Shown: in pieces, positions 10,144 to 18,656 of the stretch
Layout of the letters: every line of letters starts with the position of its first letter
Numbering within the stretch: position 1 is the stretch's first letter
Origin: Candidatus Eiseniibacteriota bacterium
Lineage (GTDB): Bacteria; Eisenbacteria; RBG-16-71-46; JABDJR01
Assembly: GCA_963762255.1 (NCBI GenBank)
Contig: CAVXKA010000003.1
Coordinates: 608,001-672,000 of the forward strand
Length of the DNA: 64,000 nt
Reading direction: 5' to 3'
Notes under the pieces: generated by a model
What the model saw: only the letters and a program-made list of their open reading frames with translations
The model's database searches: none
Told to the model about the DNA's origin: nothing
Position numbers and translations under genes: made by a program

Positions 10144-10835
10144 TCAACGTCGATAGATGAAAGTCATCGCGAACCAGGCCTCGACGGGTTCCGCCCCGAG
10201 ACGGGCGGGCACGAACCGCATGCTCTCGGCGGATCGCTCCACTGCCTCGCGCAACGCGGTCGAGAGCGCGGGGGACGCCGGCTCGACCGCCGTCACGCGG
10301 CCATCGCGCCCGATGCGAAGGCGAACCGGGATCTCCAGGGGAGACGGGCAGGGATTCGGACTCCTGCGGGGTGAGGGGAAGCGCGCCGGCAAGGAGTCGG
10401 GGTGGTTGGTAGCGCGCCGAGGCCCCGCCGCCGATCCCATCGTCCCCACCGCCCGTCCCCTGCGAACCCGGCGATCCCTCGACCTCGCCACCCTCGCCGG
10501 CACTCCCACCCGCCGCCGGCTCCGCGACCGGAAGCTCACCGGTCACCGCCGGCGAAGGAGCCTCGATCGGCCGCGGAGGAATCACCTCCGGCACGGGCGC
10601 GGTCACCGGCGCGGCGGCATGGGCGGGCCGCGGCGACGGCTCGGGGGTATCCGCCAAGGAAACCACCATGAAGTCTCCGGCGCGCTCGGGTGACACGATC
10701 GACGGTCGATCCCGGGGTCACCGCGCGCCAGAGCGCGGCCGGAGCCGCAAGCAGGGCGAGGTGGCAAGCCACCGAGGCCGCCACCGCAGTGCGCAGCCGC
10801 GGCGCCGGACGCTCCGCCGGAGAGGGCGCCTTCAT
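10144..10835 (-). CDS. TonB-like energy transducer, broken by two apparent frameshifts (about 10340 and 10710)
   Basis: N-terminal anchor AASVACHLALL (SxxxH), Pro/Gly-rich spacer in a second frame, TonB_C-like end VRLRIGRDGRV..MRFVPARLGAEPVEAW in a third frame; ATG 10835 overlaps upstream TGA. Confidence 0.65.
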
Positions 10836-12740
10836 CGGGACTTTCCAGGCGAGAGAACGGTGAACGGCGCGATGCGTCGCGCGGACCGGCCGCTCAAGAG
10901 ATCCTCGATCTCGACTTGAAGCTGGTAGCGGCCGGGGTCGAGGGGCGGCATGTCGAGGCTCAAGATTTGCTCGAGCTTCGATCCGGGATCGGCGACTTCG
11001 AACGCGAGTTCGGCCTGCGCCGGGTTCCGCCCCACGCGAAGGAGCACCTTGACCCAGCCGACAGCCGAGGGGCGCCCCACGCTCACCCGCACCCGCGCCC
11101 GGTGTGCGCCGTCCTCCCCCACGGCAAGACCGTAGGCCTCGAAGCCGATCCCCAGCGGCGCCCCCACCGGATAGCGATGGCCCGGGTTGGGAAGGCCGGC
11201 GCCGTACGCGCGCCGGTAGCGCCCCGACACGTCGTCGAAGGCGACCCGGGTCAAGAACGCGATGTCGCTCAGCGCCGGACCTTCCCCGGTCGCCTCCGCC
11301 GGGGAGAGGGTCGCGAAGCTCGCCGCACGCGCGCGTTCCCCGCGGTCCAGCGTCTCCAGCCCCACGATCGCGCTGTCGGAGATCCCGTCCACGATGAAGA
11401 TCCCCACCAGGCGGCCGAGCGGGTCGCGCTCGAACTGCGCCCAGCTCGCCACCGCGGAGTCCTTGAGCGTCCAGCGATCGTCGTAGAGCGCCACCTTTCC
11501 CGCAAGCCGGTGGGGCGCGTCGAGAAGATCCTGCGGCCACTCGTCGGGGGCCAGCGCCGCGACGACCTCGATGCGGCCCGCCCCGTGCGGATCCTGGAAG
11601 CGCCACAGTTCGACCTCCTGGCCGAATTCGGGCGCGGTCTGGGGAGACGCGTACGTGGTCGGCGTCCCCACCATGAAGAGATCCTGGCTCTGCGGCGTCC
11701 CTTCGATTGGATTGAAGAACCGCCCGCTGAGGTTGTAGTCGACGAACGTGAAGTAGAGCGGCGCGTCTCCGTCGCCGAGCCGGACTTCCAGCGTGGGCGC
11801 GGCAAGAGTCGCCGAGATGCGGTACTCCCTGGCCCGCACCACATCCTTGCGATAGACGAAATCGTCGGGAAGGCCGTAGCGCACCAGCGCCTGACCCGGG
11901 GCATGGTCCCAACCGCGCACCGAACCCGACTCGATCCCGAAGAGAAGTTCCGCCTGCACGACACGGCGATAGTGCTCGAGCAGCCGTGGGTTCTCGAGAT
12001 CGGCGGGCGTCGGGTCGTTCCAGCGCCAGTAGTCGTCCCAGAACCGCGCGCTGTCGGGCGCCGCGAGGCGGAGCTCCTCCGCGGCGGGATCGAGCACGGC
12101 AAGGGTCGTGAAGGGACGGAGCTCCTCGGGGGAGAGCCGTGCGAGACCGGCGCGGTACGCTTCCGCCGCGCGGCGCCAGGCCCGGGTCTCGGTGAGGCGT
12201 GCCGCGCGGACGAGATCGGGCCATCCACTCTCCGGTTCCACCATCCCGCCACCGCGCGCAGAGGGAGTCCAGCTCCGAGGCGCGCCCCTCGTACAGGGCA
12301 AGCCGCACGGCCCGTCGCACCGCGTTGGGGTTCGCGGGATCGAGTTGGAGCGAGACCCGGTTCTCTTGCGCCGCATCATCGAGGAGTTCGCCGCGCAGTG
12401 TGCTCTGGTAGCGGCGGAGCTGGTGGGCGGCCAACTCGCTCCAGAGATCGGAGCGATCCGGGGCCAGCGCCAGCGCTTGCGCATAGGCATCGCGCGCCTC
12501 CTGCAGGAACCCCCGTCGATCCTGGAGGCGGGCGAGTCGGACCCAGAGATCGACGTCGCCGGGACGGCTCAGCAGCACTTCGGTGAGGGAAGATGCTTCC
12601 TGCCGGCGCTCTTCGATCTCGCGGCTCGCATCGACCGCGGAGGCGGGCTGCGGCGAGAGGCCGGCACAAGCCGCAAAGAGAACGAAGAAGAACGCACGCT
12701 TCGCCCCAAGACCGAGCCGACCGGAGACGGCCCGCCGCAC
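10832..12740 (-). CDS. Secreted TPR + GWxTD-domain protein; +1 frameshift near 12246
   Basis: Signal peptide and TPRs in ORF ending 12740, continuing in ORF 10832..12490 with YWRWNDPTPADLENPRLLEHYRRV and RGWDHAPGQALVRYGLPD (GWxTD-like). Confidence 0.75.
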
Positions 12741-12753
12741 GCCGGGGCCGGCG

Positions 12754-15700
12754 CTACACGCGGGTGGCCGGCTTGATGCCGTACCGCGTGATCTTGTTCT
12801 TCAGCCCCTTGCGGGAGAGCCCCACTTCCTTGGCCGCCCGGGTCTTGTTCCAGGCGTGCTTCTCGAGGGCCTCCACCACCAGCCGGCGCTCCATGTCCAC
12901 GACCGTCGAGCGCAGGTCCGCGTCGGAATCCAGACCTGAGGATGTCGATACGATCTCGGTCGCGGTCAGGACCTCGCGCGGGAGAAGGTCGACGCCGATC
13001 GTCTCCGCATCCTCGGCGAGGATGGCGGCCCGACGCACCACCTTCTCCAGCTCGCGGACGTTGCCCGGCCACGCGTAGCGGACCATGCGCTGGATGGCGG
13101 CGCGGGTGAACCCGGGGACGCCGCGGCCGGTCTGCGAGTTGAACGTCTCGAGGAAGTACTCGGTCAGGAGCGGGATGTCCTCGGGGCGTTCGCGCAGCGC
13201 GGGCACACGGATGATGATGTCGTTGAGGCGGAAGTAGAGGTCCTTGATGAACGGCTCGTCGCCCTGTTCGAGGAGATCCTTCTTGCTGGTGGCGACGATC
13301 ACTCGCACGTTCAGCTTGCGGTACTGAGTGGATCCGACCGGGCGGACCTCGCCCCGATCGAGGAGATGGAGCAGACGGCGCTGCACGCCCAGGCCGGCCT
13401 TGCCGATCTCGTCCAGGAAGATGGTGCCGCCGTCGGCCTCCTCGAAGAGTCCCTTCTTGTCGTGGCTCGCGCCGGTGAAGGCGCCCTTCACGTAGCCGAA
13501 CAGCTCGCTCTCGAGAAGGTTCTCGGGAAGCGCGGCGCAATCGACGGTCACGAACGCCCCCGCCGCGCGGTTGCTGGAGAGATGGAGCGCGCGAGCGATG
13601 AGGGTCTTGCCGGTGCCGGTTTCGCCCTGAAGCAGCACGGTCAGATCGGTGCGGTTCACCTTTTCCACCAGCTTCAGAATCTCGATCATCTCGGGGTTCT
13701 GGGTCACCACGTCGGCCAGGAACACGCGCCGGCTCAGGCTGTCCTCTTCCGTCCGGTTGATGACGCTCTCGAGCGCGGCGCGGTCGACCAGGGCCTCGAG
13801 CTGCGGAACCAGCGCCAGACAGAGGTTCAGATGGCTGGGTCCGAACGAGGACCGCCGGTGATCGGCGAGGCGATCCAGATACAGGTACGCGGCCGTGCCG
13901 TTACCGTAGATCGGAATCGCGAGAAGCGAGGACGCCTTGCGGGTCGCCGCCACCTCGGTCCACGGCTGGCGCACCGCCGTTCCGGCATCGAGCAGGATCT
14001 CCGGACGCTCGGGCCGCAACGACCGGAGCACCGCGGTCAGCCGCTGAGCCGCCTCGGACCCGATGCGATAGGTGGCGCCCGGCTGGTCCTCGGCCACGAA
14101 CACCAGCGAGGCGCCGTCCGCCTCCACCGCCTGGGCCATGATCTCGAGCACCTGATTCAGCTTGTCCGCGTAGGGCCGGCGGGACTCCACGATCTCCTCG
14201 AGGCGGCCGGCGGTGCGGAACGCCCCCAGGTTGGTGACCGACGTCTCGACGAGACGATTCTCAAGGTCCTTCTGCGCCTCGGCGAGCAGGGCGCGACTGG
14301 TCGAGCTGTCGAGGCCGTTGACGCGGTTGCGTGCCTGCTCGAGAAATTCGCCCGCCCGATCCAGCTCGCCGCGGCGGCTGGACACGTTGGACAGCGCGAT
14401 AAGGGTCTCGACCTCCATCTCGTGGAGGGACAGTTCGGCGAGAATCTGCCGCGCCTCGACCAGGAGCGCTTCGGAGCGCGGAAGTTCGTGGTTGAGGCGA
14501 AGCCGCTGGCGACCCTGCTCCAGCAGCACTTGCGCGAGCGGGAGCGGGCTGCCGAGCCGCCGCAGCTCCTCTTCGGCCTCCGAGAGTTCCTGGTAGCCGT
14601 TCGCGTCGCCCTGGTGGAGCAGTACGCGCCCCAGGGTCACCTTCGCGAGCGCGGTCTCCATGCGGTCGTTGAACCGAGACGAGAGCTCCACGGCCCGGCG
14701 CGCCAGGTTGGCGGCGTCCGCGTCCTGGCCCTCGGTGAGAGCGAGTTCCGCGCGCAAACGCAGGAGTTCGCGAGCGAGGTCTCCCTCTGGGGAGCTCTCG
14801 ACCGCCTTCCGCCAGGCCACTTCCAAGCAGCGGCGCGCGCGGGAGAGTTCTCCCCGAGCCTGATGCAGTTGGCCCAGAGAGCGATACGTGAGCGCGGTCT
14901 CGCGCGGATACTGCTCGTCGGAGCAGAGTTCCAGCGCTTGCTCGAGCCCTTCCAGCGCTTCGTCCCAGCGGCGGTGTACGAGATCGACCCCGGCCACGCC
15001 GAGCAGAGCGCGAATGACCTCGATCGGGTCGTTGACCGAGCGCGAGACTTCGAGCGACTCCGCGAAGCACTCGCGGGCGCGGTCCCAGTTCCCCATCTTG
15101 TAGTAGACAAGACCGAGGTTCTTGAGATCGCCGCGCCGCTCGGGATAGTCGCCCTCGATGGCCTTCAGGCTCGCCGCCACCTGGAGGTACTCCAGGGCCA
15201 TCCGCCAATCGCACTTCTCTTTGTAGATCAAACCGAGGTTGTTGTAGGCGAGGGACAGGCTGCGGATGTCGCCTGCGCCCTTGAACGAGGAGAGCGCCTG
15301 CCGGAAACACTGCGCGCTCCGGTCGAGATCTCCCTGGCGGTTGAACGCGGAGCCGAGGAGGTTGAGCGCGAACCCTCTGGACGAGGGGTCGGTCTTGGGG
15401 TCGATGAGGGCGAGAGCTTCGTCGCCGCAACGCAGAGCGACGTCGATGTGGCCCTGTCCGAAGTGGATCTTGCCCAGCTTGATGAGGATCTTTCCGAGTT
15501 CATCGTCGGACTCGGCCTGACGCGCGGCTACGGCCGCGTCTTCGAGAACGTTGAGCGCTTCCTTCCAGCGCCCGATGCGCTCCAGGCAGCTCCCGACGCC
15601 GCGCAGCGCGCGGGCCTTCTCGAGGAGCGTTACCGTGCCGTCCAGCACCTGACGGTAGGTTCGGACGGCGCCTTCGAAGTTCGCTGCGGCTTGCTCGAGG

Positions 15701-15792
15701 TCGGCGAGGCTCAGCAACTCGTCCGCGCCGCCGCGGATCGGGGCTTCCTTGCTTTCCTTCTGCGAAGCGGCTTTCTTGGCCGGCTCACTCAT
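12754..15792 (-). CDS. Sigma-54 enhancer-binding activator: long TPR array + GAF-like + AAA+ + Fis HTH
   Basis: About 500 aa of TPRs (AYNNLGLIY, NLGLVYYKMGNWDRARECF), GETGTGKT, ESELFGYVKGAFTGA, GGTIFLDEI, WPGNVRELE, WNKTRAAKEVGLSR; no receiver domain. Confidence 0.93.
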   Translation of the reverse strand: MSEPAKKAASQKESKEAPIRGGADELLSLADLEQAAANFEGAVRTYRQVLDGTVTLLEKARALRGVGSCLERIGRWKEALNVLEDAAVAARQAESDDELGKILIKLGKIHFGQGHIDVALRCGDEALALIDPKTDPSSRGFALNLLGSAFNRQGDLDRSAQCFRQALSSFKGAGDIRSLSLAYNNLGLIYKEKCDWRMALEYLQVAASLKAIEGDYPERRGDLKNLGLVYYKMGNWDRARECFAESLEVSRSVNDPIEVIRALLGVAGVDLVHRRWDEALEGLEQALELCSDEQYPRETALTYRSLGQLHQARGELSRARRCLEVAWRKAVESSPEGDLARELLRLRAELALTEGQDADAANLARRAVELSSRFNDRMETALAKVTLGRVLLHQGDANGYQELSEAEEELRRLGSPLPLAQVLLEQGRQRLRLNHELPRSEALLVEARQILAELSLHEMEVETLIALSNVSSRRGELDRAGEFLEQARNRVNGLDSSTSRALLAEAQKDLENRLVETSVTNLGAFRTAGRLEEIVESRRPYADKLNQVLEIMAQAVEADGASLVFVAEDQPGATYRIGSEAAQRLTAVLRSLRPERPEILLDAGTAVRQPWTEVAATRKASSLLAIPIYGNGTAAYLYLDRLADHRRSSFGPSHLNLCLALVPQLEALVDRAALESVINRTEEDSLSRRVFLADVVTQNPEMIEILKLVEKVNRTDLTVLLQGETGTGKTLIARALHLSSNRAAGAFVTVDCAALPENLLESELFGYVKGAFTGASHDKKGLFEEADGGTIFLDEIGKAGLGVQRRLLHLLDRGEVRPVGSTQYRKLNVRVIVATSKKDLLEQGDEPFIKDLYFRLNDIIIRVPALRERPEDIPLLTEYFLETFNSQTGRGVPGFTRAAIQRMVRYAWPGNVRELEKVVRRAAILAEDAETIGVDLLPREVLTATEIVSTSSGLDSDADLRSTVVDMERRLVVEALEKHAWNKTRAAKEVGLSRKGLKNKITRYGIKPATRV

Positions 15793-15831
15793 GAATCCAA
15801 CCCTCCGTGTTCAGGCCTGCGCTACCCTGTC

Positions 15832-16188
15832 CTAGACCAACCGTCCACGCAGGAAACCGCCGCCGAACACGACCATGAGCCACGTGCGCACCCAGGACGT
15901 GAACCGATCGGCGCGCGGAACCCGAAGCACGGGCTCCTGAACTTCACCGATCGAACCGCCCACATACGAGTCGATCTGAAAGGTATCCGGGTCAGCCTCG
16001 AGACCACCGCCGAAGCCCCCGCCTACATCCTGGGGCCCGCGATTTCCGAGCTGGCTGCTGCCGCCGACGTAAAACTCCCCCGCCCCGAGGTCGTCATTGG
16101 CCACCGCGGAGGAGGCCGGGAACAACACCCAGAGGCACAGGGCCGCCACCAACCAGACCGGCCTGAATCGGGTGTCTTGCCATCTCAT
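15832..16188 (-). CDS. Small (118 aa) secreted protein, candidate signalling propeptide
   Basis: RBS GAGGTG 6 nt before ATG 16188; signal peptide (RPVWLVAALCLWVLFPASSAVA); Gly-rich acidic middle with EADPDTFQI; amphipathic C-terminal helix; ends 39 nt before the activator start. Confidence 0.7.
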   Translation of the reverse strand: MRWQDTRFRPVWLVAALCLWVLFPASSAVANDDLGAGEFYVGGSSQLGNRGPQDVGGGFGGGLEADPDTFQIDSYVGGSIGEVQEPVLRVPRADRFTSWVRTWLMVVFGGGFLRGRLV

Positions 16189-16244
16189 TGTCATCACCTC
16201 ACTGAAAGCAAAGTGCGTCCATGGAGTACTCGCAGCATTCTACC

Positions 16245-16261
16245 CGCACAGACCATGCCAG
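16245..16261 (-). promoter_or_regulatory. Putative sigma-54 (-24/-12) promoter upstream of the small secreted ORF and TPR activator
   Basis: Minus strand CTGGCATGGTCTGTGCG = TGGCA with exact GG-N10-GC spacing; implied TSS about 16234, about 45 nt before the start codon. Confidence 0.65.
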
Positions 16262-16531
16262 AGCGGTCGGCGGCGGCATCCCAGTTCCAGTTCGCTAACC
16301 TATTGGATAGCATGCACTTCAGTTTGCACTCGCCGAATCCCGCTGATACTCCTGCGACCAGTATAGCCCAGTTTCCGACTCTTATCTACCCACTCCGATC
16401 GCCCTTCGCGGCAAACCCGGGTTCTCTAAGGAGTTAGTGATGGAAAGCAAGTATCCACCCGGGCCCGCCGACGTGAAACCCCTTTGCCATCAAAGAGATC
16501 CCTGAACACGCGCTGTATTCCGCTTCCGTTA

Positions 16532-16560
16532 TTGACCTAAATCCTTGCATCAGCTATAAT
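16532..16560 (+). promoter_or_regulatory. Near-consensus sigma-70 promoter for the diguanylate cyclase
   Basis: TTGACC-17 nt-TATAAT. Confidence 0.75.
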
Positions 16561-16667
16561 TGCCTCGTTTTACTCCCACCATCGCACCCTATCGTCGCCA
16601 TCGCGGGGCCAGAGCCATGGGACTGGTCCGCCCGGTTCAGCACGTCCTCCAACGTGGACCGTGGGGA

Positions 16668-18029
16668 ATGAAGCGCCAAACCATACCGTTTCGAGAGTTG
16701 CTCCAGCGGGTGCTGCCCGTCGACAGGCTTCCCCCTGTCGATCAGGCGCGAGTAGCCCGCGCGATCGAGAGCAACGATCCACGAGATCTCGAAGAGGTGG
16801 GGTTTGAAGCGCTCGATCGACTGGTCGATCTGGGCTACCTCCGATTGGTCGAAGAGGTGCTGCGAGGGGACGAGAAAGTTCGCCGCTATCGCGATCTCAC
16901 CAGCGGCAACACCATCGCGATCCGCCTCCCCACCGGTGATGAAGACGAGGGGATCTTCAAGATCCCTCTCCCCATCCGCGACTGGAAGGGAGGCACGTCT
17001 CTCGACCAGATCCGCACGCTGTTCAACCTCTACAACAAGATCCTCACGCAGGACTCCCACCTGCTTCGCGGTCCGGGGGACATTCTTCGTCAGGTGATGC
17101 TGACCGCGCGGCAGATCCTGGGCTGCGAGCGGGTTTCCTTCTGGGCGACCCCCCGTCAGGGCGAAACCGGGACCCTGCTCGACACCCTTAGCCATCCTCC
17201 CTACGACGAGGAACTGGCCCGGGAGTGGGTGATCGGACAGCGCTATCTGGTCGTGTTCCCGGAGCTCCCCGCGCAACTCGACCCTGCGACGGGGCGGCTC
17301 GACACCGAGTTTCATTCGCTCGCCCTCATCCCGATCGGCGACCCGGATCAAGCGGTGTACGGGGTGCTGCACGCGTGGAGCCTTCGACCGCACTTCTTCA
17401 ACGAGGATCGCCAGGGGCTTCTGAGCCTTCTCTCCGAGTTCGCCACCGATCTCCTGCGCCGGTCGGAGATTCTCGGCAACCTGGTCTTCGTCGACGCCGC
17501 GACTCAGGTCTACAACCGCGCGTACTTCAACCTGCAACTCGACAACGAGATCGCGCGCGCCAAGCGCGAGAGCAAGTCGCTGGCCCTGGCCATCGCCGAC
17601 ATCGACGACTTCAAGAACTTCAACAGCCGCTACGGCTACGAGGGCGGGAACCAGGTTCTTGCCAATGCGGCTCAGATCCTCAAGAGCGGGCTCCGGCCGT
17701 TCGACTCGGTGGCACGCTGGGGAGGGGAGGAGTTCGCTCTCATCCTCACGTCGCCGGTCACGCTGGACGATGCCACAACCGTGTGCGGGCGGCTGCGGCG
17801 GGCGACGGAGCTCTCCAGCTTCACCGTCACCGGTCTCGAAGGGGAGTCGATGCCCGCCCGCATCACGATCAGCATCGGGGGGGCGATCTACCCTCAGGAC
17901 GGCGTGTCCGCGGGCACGCTCTGGCGATCCGCCAACGCCGCCCTCGTCTACGCCAAGCGCACCGGCAAGAATCGCGTGGTCTTCGCCTCCGAGATCCCCG
18001 CCGATCACCGCGGCGGGGGCAACGGATAA
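16668..18029 (+). CDS. GAF-GGDEF diguanylate cyclase
   Basis: VDAATQVYNRAYF, ADIDDFKNFNSRYGYEGGN, RPFD I-site followed by RWGGEEF, ALVYAKRTGKNRV; start could be 16617 or 16668. Confidence 0.92.
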   Translation: MKRQTIPFRELLQRVLPVDRLPPVDQARVARAIESNDPRDLEEVGFEALDRLVDLGYLRLVEEVLRGDEKVRRYRDLTSGNTIAIRLPTGDEDEGIFKIPLPIRDWKGGTSLDQIRTLFNLYNKILTQDSHLLRGPGDILRQVMLTARQILGCERVSFWATPRQGETGTLLDTLSHPPYDEELAREWVIGQRYLVVFPELPAQLDPATGRLDTEFHSLALIPIGDPDQAVYGVLHAWSLRPHFFNEDRQGLLSLLSEFATDLLRRSEILGNLVFVDAATQVYNRAYFNLQLDNEIARAKRESKSLALAIADIDDFKNFNSRYGYEGGNQVLANAAQILKSGLRPFDSVARWGGEEFALILTSPVTLDDATTVCGRLRRATELSSFTVTGLEGESMPARITISIGGAIYPQDGVSAGTLWRSANAALVYAKRTGKNRVVFASEIPADHRGGGNG

Positions 18030-18034
18030 ACGAA

Positions 18035-18058
18035 GAGGCCCGGGAGAACCCGGGCCTC
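18035..18058 (-). terminator. Intrinsic terminator hairpin between the convergent DGC and HU genes
   Basis: GAGGCCCGGG-AGAA-CCCGGGCCTC perfect 10-bp stem, followed by TTCGTTT on the minus strand. Confidence 0.7.
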
Positions 18059-18084
18059 GCAGATCGTCCGACCGGTCAAAGAGC

Positions 18085-18351
18085 CTAGAGGATTTCCTTG
18101 TAGGCCTTGCCGGGGCGGAAGCGAACGGACTTGCTGGCCTTGATCTTGATCTCTTCGCCGGTCTTGGGGTTCCGGCCCAGCCGCGCCTTGCGGTTGCTGA
18201 CGTTGAACGATCCGAAGCCGGCGAGGGCCACCCCGCCCTTCTTGGTGCCGCGCTTGATCGTCTCGAGGCAGGCGTCCACCGCAGCGGTGGCGTCCTTCTT
18301 GGTCAGGTTCGTCTTCTTGGCAACCGCTTCAATCAACTCTTGCTTGTTCAT
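18085..18351 (-). CDS. hup: HU family DNA-binding protein
   Basis: MNKQELIEAVA, GFGSF, RKARLGRNPKTGEEIKI, VRFRPGK. Confidence 0.95.
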   Translation of the reverse strand: MNKQELIEAVAKKTNLTKKDATAAVDACLETIKRGTKKGGVALAGFGSFNVSNRKARLGRNPKTGEEIKIKASKSVRFRPGKAYKEIL

Positions 18352-18656
18352 TTGAGCGCCCTCCACAGGCACGAAGTGGCGTGCGCCATTGCACGCCACC
18401 GGCATGTTTATCCCCGTGGTATGGAATCGTCAATCCCCAATCGTCGAAAAACCCGCTATTTCTCGGGGGTTTTCATGACCGAATCGCTGGGTTTCTCGGC
18501 GCAGCCGAAGATCCCCGACCGCAGAACCGCCGAACCCGCCCCGCATCGCGGATCCCCGCATCGTCTCCCGGGGATGCCAAGCCACACCGGGGCTCCTGCC
18601 ATTCAACGCGAAGATGGGCTCGTTAACTTCATAAATACTAGTGACTTACTAGAAGC

